Below, piece after piece: positions 17,822 through 30,700 of a stretch of DNA of 64,000 nt. The notes beneath the pieces are model-generated. The model made no database searches, was not told the DNA's origin, and saw only the letters and a list, made by a program, of their open reading frames with translations. Made by a program: the position numbers and the translations under genes. Positions within the stretch are counted from its first letter, which is position 1. Each line of letters starts with the position of its first letter. The stretch lies in IMG/VR virus record IMGVR_UViG_3300036770_003657, positions 335,797 through 399,796 of that record; one strand, written 5' to 3'.

Positions 17822-18706
17822 TTACCATGTAGTAGTATTTTTACCACTATCTCCTATTATTTGTCCAATACTATATGCAGCAGGAGCAGCTACAAATTCC
17901 ACTGGATTATTATGATGTTGTGTTACCCAATCTCTTATTCTAGTCCAGTCTTGAAATAAGCTTTGTGTAGTTGTATATGTTCTTTTAGTACCTTTATTAG
18001 TCGTTAATTCGTAGCTATATGTAATTGTGTAAGTTAAATCATTGGTCCAATAATATATTTCAGATTCAGGTCTTGTTGGACATTCAGTTATATCATACTC
18101 TGTTAAAATTCTAGGAGTAGTGTGTGGAGCAGAGTCAGAAGTAGTAGCACTTGATAAATGATCAACATATTTCATTGTTCCAGTCGGTATCATATCATAA
18201 AATCCACTGGCTTCACAATTATCTGCATTGATAGTCAATGTAATATGATCTAAAAATCTTGGGCGTCTTGGCATACTAATATCAGTACATTGTACTTCAA
18301 TAATTTCTTCATCTTCTTCATCATTATACCATAAGTAAGGTATAGGATCATAATCTGGATTTGGTACTTCTCCTGCATAATTGCCATCACCATCATATGC
18401 AGCTATAGTTTGGGGTAAAAAATGTGCTGGGTTAGGGATATGTGGTGGTTTTACTATTGATGCTCCAACTGTAAAACTAAAATTAGCATAAATTTCTACA
18501 CTGCCTCCAGAACCAGACCAATTAAAAGTATTTCTATAGTCATAGCTATAACTAACACTGTCTCCAGGTTTATCATTACTAGAAGGAGTAAATGTTTCTG
18601 GAGCACGCCACTCTGCTCCATTTTTAAATGGAAAAATAAATGGAAAATCTGTATTAGGTGGAGGAGGTGACTGTATCAGTGTATAGCCATCTATTATCAC
18701 ACTCAT
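17822..18706 (-). CDS. Hypothetical protein, probably baseplate/tail-associated
   Basis: 294 aa, coupled between the giant fibre and PAAR genes. Confidence 0.6.
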   Translation of the reverse strand: MSVIIDGYTLIQSPPPPNTDFPFIFPFKNGAEWRAPETFTPSSNDKPGDSVSYSYDYRNTFNWSGSGGSVEIYANFSFTVGASIVKPPHIPNPAHFLPQTIAAYDGDGNYAGEVPNPDYDPIPYLWYNDEEDEEIIEVQCTDISMPRRPRFLDHITLTINADNCEASGFYDMIPTGTMKYVDHLSSATTSDSAPHTTPRILTEYDITECPTRPESEIYYWTNDLTYTITYSYELTTNKGTKRTYTTTQSLFQDWTRIRDWVTQHHNNPVEFVAAPAAYSIGQIIGDSGKNTTTW

Positions 18707-21700
18707 TATAGTCTCCCTACAACTACTTCAATAACGCCTTCATCACCATCAAAATCTTCTAGTGCTTTACCTATTACCATACCCATACGTGGATCATCAT
18801 GTGCCTTGGCATAGCCATCTCCTGCACTGACCAACATATCACCTTTGCTTATCTTACCACGTACCTTAACTGGTACACGACCTTGTAGAGCAACTGCTAC
18901 AACGTGTTCACCTTCTAGTTCACTGTTCATTAAGTGTGCTGGGTTCTTACTAACTACACCTACTACTTTACGTGTTAAATCTGTACCTATGGTAACTTCA
19001 TTTACTCCACCAATCATTAGAACTGTGCCTTCTTCGTATTTTGCATCAGCAAGATAGTTCTCTGCCAAGTCAGCATATTTTGCTTGTGTAGCTACACCAT
19101 TGAATACAGAAGCATATAATGTATCAGTAGCAGGATTACAGTATATACCACCTGTTCCATAAACACTGTTACCGCTACCCCATAGCATTTGGTATGTAGA
19201 ATTACTATCGTTATTGTAATTGATAGTAACTTGCGAGGAAGTGGAAGCTGAAGCAGCATTACCTGTACAGCTTCCTGAACTTCCACTTACATTACCTGTT
19301 ACATTTCCTGTTAGATTACCAGAAAATGTGGCAGTTATAGTACCTGCACTGAAATTACCACTTGCATCACGTTTGACTAATGTACTTGCTGTATTTGCTG
19401 TAGCACTTGATACATTAAAGGTAGTTCCACTTAATGAAAGATCGGTTCCGGCACTGTAAGTAGTATTAGTATCTGGATTAGCTGGCATAGTCAATGTTAT
19501 TGAACTAGTTCCTGTGATGTGTCCGTTTGCATCATAAGTAACACTAGGTATTTTAAATGTACCACCAAATGCCAGTGTTCTTGTTGCTCCTCCATCACTT
19601 ATTGTACCAGCTGTTACTGAATTACTATGATTAAACGTAGTTCCACTTAGAGATAATCCAGTTCCAGCACTATAGGTAGTATTAGTATCTGGATTAGCTG
19701 GCATAGTCAATGTAATAGTATTGGTACCAGTAATATGTCCATATGCATCATAAGTAACACTAGGTATTTTAAATGTACCACCAAATGCCAGTGTTCTTGT
19801 TGCTCCACCATCACTTACTGTACCAGCTGTTATTGCACTATTGGCATGCCCTAAAGTTATTGTACCTGCTGTACTTTGATTAGCAGTAAACGTACCGGTA
19901 CCAGTTAATCCATTATTACCCTGTACAGTAAGTGTACCATTGCCTATACTGACTGTAGCTGTAGCTACACTAGCAGCAGTAACGTGACCATAACCATCAA
20001 ACTCAAAACTAATATCTTGTATAAATGTATTATCACTGTTATCACTGCTTAAATTACCTACACTGCTAGTGTCAGCATGACTTAGTGTAATAGTACCTGC
20101 TGTACTTTGATTAGCTGTAAATGTACCACTACCAGTTAATCCATTGTTACCCTGTACAGTAAGTGTACCGTTACCTATACTAACTGTGGCAGTAGCTACA
20201 CTAGCACTAGTAACGTGTCCAAATCCATCAAAATCAAAACTAATATCTTGTATAAATGTATTACCACTATTATCACTGCTTAAATTACCTACACTGCTAG
20301 TGTCAGCATGAGAAATATTAACAGTGACACCTTCACCACTTCCTGAAATAGTTAACCCACTAGTTCCAGTTTGACTACCTGGAGTTCCAGAACTTACTGC
20401 TGCTATATAATTACCAGTAGTATCAGTTCCTAGTGCTACACTATCAATTCCAATAGTTGTAGTCATGCTAACATTGTTAGATCCATCAAATGTCACACTA
20501 CCACTAACATCACCAGTTAAGGCAATAGTTCTGGCTGTAGCTAATTTTGTAGCAGTGTCAGCGTTCCCACTCAATCCACCACTTACACTACCTTGGAAAG
20601 TTCCTGCGATAACAGTTGACCCTGCTCCAAATGTCCATTTATCAACACTTTCATCCCATAATAAACTTACGTTGGTATCAGTACCTCTTTCTATTTCTAT
20701 ACCAGCATTTTGTGTTGGTTCAGCAGTTTCGTTACTATTCAGTACAATGATATTATCAGCTAACTCAATAGTTTCAGTATTGATTGTAGTAGTTGTGCCA
20801 CTTACTGTTAGATTACCACCAATAACAGTATTACCTGTAACGTTAAAGTTTCCACCAACATTAAGGTTTTCAGTTACCGCTACTCCACCAGTAACAATTA
20901 AAGTACCAGTTGACGTATTTGTACTGGATATATTACCTGCCATTTCAATACGGCCAGTCCCAAATACCTTAAACTTATCTGCACTGGCTAAATTAGTAGG
21001 TCCACCATAAGTAAAGGCTATGTAGCTGGTAGTATCAGTTACCGTAATAACCTTATCTATAGCCCAATGACTCTTTAGGTTATTATCCTTTACAAACGCA
21101 CTACCATTCCAATTTAAATTAGTTAACCAACTAAATCTATTGGTTGTTCCTACACTAGTAAATCTAGTTTTAAAATCTGTAGTATAAGCACTTTGTAAAG
21201 TAACACTAGTTAATGCCCCACTGCCATTGTAGGTAATATTAAAAGTTGGATCATCTATAGTAGGTGCTGCTTTATAAATCACCTGTCCACCAGTAGTAAA
21301 GTTAATAGTGCTACCATCAGTGGCTTGGAACGTCATGGTGTTACTTGCTGTTAATGTCTTAGCATTAGCCAATGTAAATGTACCTGTGCTGTTGGAAATA
21401 GTCATTCCATTTACAGTCTTATTGGTCAATGCTTCTGTACCTGCCAATGTAGCCAATGTACCTGTCGTTGGGAAGGTTACACTGGTTGCAGCAGTCATAG
21501 TAAATGTGCTGGCATATGCTCCTGATGTAGTTAAGTTACCTCCTAAGGTTATAGTCTTTGTACCATTGTTAACACCAGTGCCACCATATGTTGGGCTAAT
21601 TATGCTGGCTTGCCAAGTACCTGTACTAATAGTGCCTACTCCAGTTAGACTACTATTGACAACACCTGAACCTAATGTTGTACTACTCAATACATCTACA

Positions 21701-24700
21701 CCGTTGATCTTATAAGTTTTACCTGTGGCAAGATCCATGTTCTCACTACTGGTCCAGCTACTTGTAGATTGTATCCAACGGAAAAGTTTATCAGTGGTGC
21801 CTTTTATTGTTATACCACCTCCAGCTGCTGTAGCATCAGTAATTCCACCAGTGTTGAAAACTACAGCCACTCCATTTGGACTAATTTGATCTGGTGGTGT
21901 ATCAGCTGTAAACGTAAACAAATTAGCACCATTAATAGCAGTTACTCTTGGATTGGCACCTAATTGACCACCACTTACTCTACTCAATGTCATCCCAGGA
22001 ATCATTCCTGCTGTACTAGCAGTAATTGTAGTTGTCAGTGCTCCAATAGCGGTAAAGTTAATATTGCCACTACGACTTGATATTGGTTCTACTGAGCCTA
22101 ATTCAATATTGTTATCATCCATTTGGATGTCATATGCATTAAGAGTGCTGGCAGCACCGGTAATATTAACATTACCATTTACAGTGAGCCCGTTTAAGGT
22201 TATGCTGTCGGTCCAAACTGGACGTTTATTAGCACTGCCTAAACTCACTGGCTGAACATTTAACACAGAATTAGTATCACCTATAGGTAATTTTTGTATT
22301 ATGGTGGAGCCACTGGCATATAACATGTCCCCGACAGTATAACTGGCAATATTAGTACCACCCTTATCTACAGGAACTTGACCAATAATATTACTTGGTG
22401 TTAGATAATATAATCCATCTTGTCCATCTAGAGTACCTGCATCTACTACACCTGATTTAATACCAACAGCACCCTGACTACCTCCGGTACCTACTTCAAA
22501 TTGACTCTTATTAAATGACGCTACACCTAAGTTTGTATGGCCAGGGATATTTGCATTTTCCTGTCCTCCACTGACTACATCCACACCAACAGTAACTTCA
22601 TTGTAGAATTCTTGTATGCCTCCAGGTCCTGGATCAAAGAATGGGCCAGTTATAGTAATAGCACTATCAACACTTGGTTTTTTGATCTTTTGTACGGCCT
22701 TGGCCCATGTACTATCGCCTCTTAAAAAGGTGTTACTATTAGCAGTACCAATAGCTAATCTAGTAGTGCTCATTATACCACTAACAATATTAGTTGTATC
22801 TATATTACTGGCGCTTAGACTACTCCAGTTTTCTGCCAGTATACTAGCATTATCTACAACACCAATAATTTTAATGCTTTGCTTTCTAAAACTAGCAACC
22901 CCAGTACCAGTATTAGTAAAATTAAATGCACCAATAGTAAGACCTAATGTACTGGCCACTGCATCAGCTCTACCTTCATGTATAGTAAAGGTGTTAGTAG
23001 TCACACTTCCTACAAAGAATATGCTGTTAGTTAGTATACCGTATGGTGGATCTGCTGCAATAATTTTTACTGCATCACCAGTAGCAAATCCATGATCTGG
23101 AATATAAACTGTATCTTTGGTGATATCTAATATAGATAATGTTAAAGTTTGATTACCTGCACCAGAGTTAACAATTGTTAACTTGGTTGATAGACTATAA
23201 GTTGTATAAAGTTCAATAGTATCAGCATCAATACTTTTCACATAATAGATGCTATTATTAACAATCCCACCTAATGGTGTTCCAAATCCTGCATTATATT
23301 GTACAGCATCACCATCATCAAATGGGTGACCAACGATAGTTATACGACTTAGCGCAGTATTAACATTGCCTCCTGAACCTGTACTAGCAGCATTAAATGT
23401 AGCAACTACAGTACTGTCTAATTGATCAGTTGTTTTCGTTACAACATTTGCATCTTCTGTAAATTCTGGGGCTATACTATTTGCATTAAACTTCAATGCG
23501 CCAACAATATCAACATACACACGATTTTGTATTTGGCTAACCTTAACACTAAATGCGCTTCCACCTGTACGTCCATTCAAATTTGCATCATTTGCACTGA
23601 GTCTATCTACTGTGGTATACCCACTTCCACCGGCAGTTAGTACTACATTAGTAACGACTCCACCACTTAGGAACAGGTCTGCCCTAGCTCCAGTTCCTGA
23701 TCCTCCTGTTAAAGGCACATCAGTATAAAATCCTGAAGGTGGTTGAGTATATCCACTACCCCCTGCTAATCCTGTTACTGGATCATTGCTATTATCTAGT
23801 GCATTAGCAACACCTTCTACAATATATTCTATAGTGCCTTGTGCTTGACTATTACTACCTGTTACACTAGTTACTCCTGTAAAATCATAAGTTTGAGTTG
23901 GGTCTAATAGTAATATCTGTTTACTATCTAATTCACTTAAAATGTAATTGGTATTTTGATCTGGAATAATACCTCCTACTAGGGTAGGTGTTAATCCAGT
24001 GCTTGCACCATTAAGAGTTATTTCTCCTACAGTATCAAATGTATCGTCAAAAAATTCACCTAAACTTCCAATGACTACAGTAGTAGAATTATTGCCACCG
24101 ACTACTCGACCAGTTGCTCCAGAACTGGCTTGTAGGATTAAGTCACCATCAACGGCCACTAATACACCATCTAGAGTCAACGATACTCCACTATATGTTT
24201 CAATGGCTAAATCACCATTTAAAATACTAGTAGGAGGTACTGTATTGACCAAGTTTAGTCTACTACGATATCCATTACTTCTATATACTAAGAAGTTTCT
24301 TAATGGTGGTATCTGATCAGCACTTAATTTTCCTAGTGCATTTAACTGAGGGATACCACCTGGTTGAGTAGTAGTTGTAAGTTCTTTGTCAATAAAGTCT
24401 CCTAGTCTATTTTCTAAGAAACTTCTAACAGCCAACTGTGTGCTTAATCTATTATGACTTGGTCCGCCTACTTCATTATCACCGAGATCAATATCAGCAC
24501 TAAATTCTTCAATAGTAATATTACCAACAGCCAACTTCAACGCATCTAAAGCAGCAATACTAACAGTGTTTGTAAATTGTACATTACCTGTTTTGTTTTC
24601 AGCTTTAATAAAATCACCAACTTTAAAGTCACCAAGTTCATTGGTTCCTGAACTATATACACGCCCTGGTAATTCACTGACTTGTTCATATTCAACTCTA

Positions 24701-27700
24701 GTACGTCCACCGTTTTGTGGTAATGCATTATAGTCAGTTCCGCTACCTGCATATTCCCAAGTGTGGCTACTGCTGTTAACAATACTAGGTCTATGCAACC
24801 ATATCTGTTTACTTGGCAGTGTTTCTAAATTGATTAGTTCATTACCACTGGTAGTGGCCAATATCTTAAATGTTGCCGTGTATAAGTTATCTACGTTTTG
24901 GACATCAGTTACATCAATATTTAAAATAGCAGGGCTACCATTGTCATATTGAATAACAGTATCTAAGGTAAAGTTATTTCTAATAAAATTTTCCCCAACT
25001 AATACTTTTTCTACGCTAACAACTAGGCTTCGTGTTGTTGGATCCCAACTGAATATATATGCTCTATTTGGTGTTATACCACTGGTTGTACCTTCGATTA
25101 CTCTACCTGGAATAAATGTATAACTTTGTCCTATAGGAGGAGGTTCTACTTGTAATTTTTGATATACAACGTGACTTTCAGTGAGATCATCAATAAAAAA
25201 TTCTTTAATATTCTTTAATAAAAGATGTTCACCTGTTGGTAGTGGAGCAGTAAATTTTGCCTTTATTTCAAAACCATCGTCCAAATATAATTCAAATTGA
25301 TTGGCATTTAAAATTTTAATTACATAAGTTTGTTCGTCATAAAGACCTTTAATTAAACTATTTCCATTAGCTCTATAAACTATTTTCTCTGTATTTTGAA
25401 AACCGTGAGCAGGAATTGTTATGACATTAGTATTGACATTTATAACTGGTTCGATTTGTGCAGGACTAGTTCCTGGAATGGTGACATTATTACTTGGTGT
25501 AAAAGGTACCTGATCATCCACCTGTTTGTAACTATTAGTTACATCTCCAATATTACTATAGTCAACTATTTCTGGAACATTAATGATACTGTCAATAATA
25601 TCTATAATGATATCAAATAAATCACCAACTCTACTCTGTGCATCAGGATGTACTAGCGCAATAGTTAACGATTTTAGTTCTTGGAAGGCAGCAATATTTT
25701 GAGTTCTTTGATTTATTAGAGCTGCCACAGTGCTTGTAGAATAGGCTACACCAGCTTCAACGCTTTTACTATTGCCTCCTGTTAGTACATCATATGCTAC
25801 TGCCTCTAATACTAGTAAAGTATCTCTTCTACAAGTATCTTGATCATATGTAAATCCTGTATAATATGGCGCTGTGTTGGCAGTTACTTGGCTGTCAATC
25901 CAAGTTATTAGTGCATCTCTTAATTCTTCTTTGTTATTTAAAATTGTACTATATGTTTCTCTATATACAGGATTTCTAAATCTTATTACATAGTGCTGTA
26001 CTGGTAGGTCCCCAAAACCAATAGCAGTAATAGTTTGTTGTGCTCCTGCGCTGCCTGTAGCAACTACAATACCTTTATTAAAATCAAAAGCATTAGGACT
26101 ATAACCATTGGCCCTTAAAGCAAATTGACCAAAGTTAGTAGCACTATTGGTAATACTTAGATATCCACCGCTTTGACAATAACTACCATTTAAACAGAAG
26201 ATCTGGAAACAGCTAACAATCTGTGCATATGCATCATTAATAACACGATATCCTGTACCCCCAAAGCTCAACATAGTAAATGCATTACCTACCATTGATT
26301 TACCTTGTTGCGGAGCAGGTCCTTCTACTGGGTTCTCTGCTTCAATTTGATTAACAGGTATATTTGGTGTACGTACTTTACTACCATCAACCAATACACC
26401 ATTACCACCTAAGAAGCTGATTATACTACAGTTCTGCACATATGGGCTAATACTAATAACTGGTTTATTATTTGGTAGTCTAGTATATCCTACACGACTA
26501 CATTCTGGATCAGCTGGATCATCAAACGCCACTGCATAGTCAAATGTAAAGCTAGGTATATTGTTTACATCCAGTGCATCTCTGAAAGTTATCTCTGTAA
26601 AATAACAGCCATTACGTACACGTAGCATATCCTTACCAGCATTAAGTGGTCTAATATTACAGGCACGTAGACCAGCTCCTACTACACTAACGTTATCTGG
26701 AATAATAATTGGATTATCTTCGTAATAGTCTCCACTAGCAACTGCTATAACAATACGCTTTTCGTTTGGAATGTAGTCAGCAACAAAAGCTACAGTTTCG
26801 GTTTGAATGATTTCCTTGTCTGCTAGTAATGCTGCTCTAGCATCACTCTTAGTTGGACTTATTGGTGTAGCATTAGGATATTCTGTATTTGGTGCTTGAC
26901 TGGGTCCTTGATCTATAATTGTTACTACATATCCTAAAAGTTCCTGAGCTTTATCTATGGCAGCACTGCTGGCTGGATCTCCTACACCAAATGCGTTGAG
27001 ATCATTTTCTAATACTAAATTGATTATTTCTTCTTTCAAATATCTATATGTTATTGCACTGGCTTGTCTATCATTGAATATAGGTAATCCCATTCCATAA
27101 CTAAAATATTTTTTAGCAGCATCTATAGTTTGACTATTGCCACCATACATTAGGTCATAGGCTAAACTGTAGACTAGATATCTTATATCACGAGCGCACT
27201 TTTCTTCATTATAAGTAAAGTTATTAAACTCAACAGTAATAAATTGACTTACTCCAGTAATAATAGCAGCTTTGTTTTCCTGTATCAGTCCAAAATTAAG
27301 TTGCGTTGTTGGATTAGCCGAACTAATGTCTGGAAATACTTTATTGTTTAAAGAACTAGTATTTTCATCTGTAATAACATCAATGATTATATCAACTAAA
27401 TCTTGGCATTTGATAGTTTGTTCAGAATTAGTAGCAGGATATAATGAAGTATCTTGTGTAAGAAGATTGGTACTAGATTTAGTAATTGGTACTGCGTTAA
27501 CAATATCACCAATAATCTCTTGTAGTCTTGTATATGCTGCTAGTGTTTGTGCCTTCTCACCAGCACCTAATTGTAGCACGGCTCCAAATATATAAGCTTC
27601 TGCATTAGAATAGGTTGCACTATTACCGCCATATAATACATCGTATGTTATAGCATCAACTATAAATTCTACATCACGTCTACATTTATCTATTATACTT

Positions 27701-30700
27701 CCTGGGGTGCTGGCATATGATGGATAAGTATCAATTAACCAAGCAATGACTTCCTCTCTAATAAATGCTTTATTTGTTTGTAATTGATTTTTAGCATTTA
27801 AAACTGCAACTTCTGCATTACTGGGATCAGTGAAAGACACTGCATCAATAGCAGGATAACCTTCCTCAAGAAAATCAATTATTTCCTGTACTTTATTTTT
27901 ATAGCTTAAGAAGAATGTGCCACTGGTTACATATTGTTCACTTTCTCTGTATAATTGTTTTAATGCTGCTGCTGTCTGTATCTTTTGATTATAGAAAGTG
28001 CCTAATTGATTCTGTCTATCATAACTATATTGATTTTGTCTAGTATTTAAGTTAGTTCCCAGTACTATGTCATATATAGCTCCTTCAATGACTAGACTCA
28101 TATCTCTTTCACATTTGGTTACTGTGGGGCCAGTATAACTAAATCCTAAAAATGTATTATTGACATAGTTAGTACCTTGATCAACTATATATTCAATATT
28201 ATCTAATAATAAGTCTTTGGCATTGACATAACCTACTGGCAATCCTGCAGGAGTTGGCATAGTAATTGCAGGTAATATTGTAGGTATTTTAGCAATACCA
28301 TCTCCAGTACCAGGTACAGCGGCTACAAAGGTATCTCCTACTGTATAAGATTCACCAGTAGTACCAGCTACAGCGTTCCAATCAGTGCTTCCTAATACTT
28401 CAATTTCATACGTAATACCCGCAACTAAATCTGTTACAGGATATGATACATCAACTACGTTGATTAAGTCACCAGCATATGTATTCGCCAGTATGTTTGT
28501 AATACTTTGAATACTGGCAGCTACTTCAGTTGCCTCAGTTCCACTTTGAGTATCTACAGCCTTTAACAATAGATAGTTTAAAGCTCTAATGGTAATATCT
28601 TTTTGACTAATTAGTACTGCACTGGCTGTGGCATTGCTATAGGTAAATCCTGCCTTTACGCTTTGCCAATTACTGCCATAGATAAGATCATATCCAATAG
28701 CATCAATAATTAAACCAACATCTCTAAAACAAGTTTGATCATTAAATTCATTTCTTTGTTTATAGACTAAATTACTGGCTATTTGTAGGGCACGTTTAAT
28801 AGTTTTTACTGGTTTATTAATGCCATCAAAATTATCATCACCATTAGTTGCACTAACAGCTACTTGTCCACCACCAAATAAATCAGCACTAACAAATTCT
28901 AATTTATTTCCATCTCGATTAAGTGATAATATTGATCCATCTACACCTAAAACTCTTGGAAATGTTAATGTATAACTGTTTACAAACTCTTCCGGTGTTG
29001 TTCCTGCTGGGGCACGTAATCCTACATAGTTATTGCCGTTTGAAGTTAACTCTTTTAATCTAATCTCGCCTTGATTATTAACATTAAGACCGTCAGTGTT
29101 GATTAAGGTAGATCTTATTGTAGATGGAGTTGTCTCACCTATCCTAGTATTATCAATAGTTCCACTGTTGATATCTACGTTGGCTAATGTGCTAGTGCCA
29201 TCTACAGTAAGATCTTCAGCAATATACACATTGTTGTTTACTGTAATATTATTTACTGTAATATCATCTAATAACAAACTGCCTAAAGTTGCTTGGCCAG
29301 TAACATCGAGGTCACCACCAATATTAACATTACCAGTAGTATCAAGTGTATTGGCATCAATGTTATCAGCATTTATATCATTACTTGTTATTGTGCCTGT
29401 GAAATTACTAGTACCAGTAACATCTAGATTGCCACCTACATGTAAGTTTTCGCTTATTCCTACACCACCTGTTACTACGACGGTTCCAGTAGTTGTATCG
29501 GTAGAACCTATATTAGCCTTTGCATATACCTGTCCATCTAAATTAGTCTCTAAATTAACTGTTAAGTTTTCAATAGTAGCATTATCAAGTACATCTAATA
29601 TATCAGTTTCTATATTAGTGGCATCAACGTCACCAGTCAAATCACCTGTAACATCACCTGTAACATTACCAGTATACATAGCATCGGTACCTGTAGTACC
29701 TCTATCCAATATTACAGTTTCAGTGACTACACCACCAGTGTCCTTATAAAGAATAATATCTGTGTATGCTTTTGCATCAAACCCATTAGTACCATTTTCA
29801 AAAACTTTTACACTTACATTTTCAGCAAATATATCACCAGTGCTTGGTCCAATAATAGTACCTTCAAACTCACCAATAAATCTTTCAGTGGCTTCGATTA
29901 TTGTTCCTGTTATGGCTCTAGGTTCTTCTGCTCCAATTACAGTGGCATCAATATTCCCACCATTTATATCAACTTGATCTAACCTACTAAGCCCATAACT
30001 GGTTATATTACCACTTACCTTACCGATAAACTCAGCTTCTACATAACCTGAATCTAAGGGTGCTCCACCTGTACCATTCTCCAATACTTTTGTAATACCA
30101 TCTTCAGCATAGATATCACCAGCAAAATTTCCGCTTATGCTACCTTCAACATTACCATAGAATACAGGTGGTTGATAACTTAATACATTTGTTGGGCCAC
30201 CTGTTCCATTATCTAATATTTTAGTAGTGCCATCAGCAGCATATAAATCACCAACTACATTACCTTCTAGTTTACCAACAAATTTTACACTGGCAGTAAT
30301 TACAGTTCCTGTGATTAAGGTAGGACCGCTATTACCAATTATAGTGCTGTTAATAAATCCACCGTTTAATAACAAACTACTTATTTGACTGGTTCCAGTA
30401 GTTTGAGTTATTCGACCTAACAATTCACCTGTAAAAGTTGCATCTGTTCCATTGGTGCCATTCTCTAAAACTTTTACTCCACTATCGCTATAAATATCAC
30501 CAAAAACATCACCAAACAAGTTACCAGTAATATTGCCTTGAATGTTAGCTAGAATTTCTTCTTCTACATTTATACTATTGGCTACTATATCGCCAGCTAC
30601 ATTAAGATCGCCTCCAATACCTACTCCACCAGATACAATCAATGTTCCTGTATATGGGTCTAAACTAGGCGTATTATCAGAAAGTATTGTTTTAACATTA

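Noticed and set aside
17822-18706. The gene next to the fibre as a bilin lyase
   Set aside because: No CpcT/CpeT, CpcS or HEAT-repeat (CpcE/F) features were recognised; its position suggests a tail/baseplate role.
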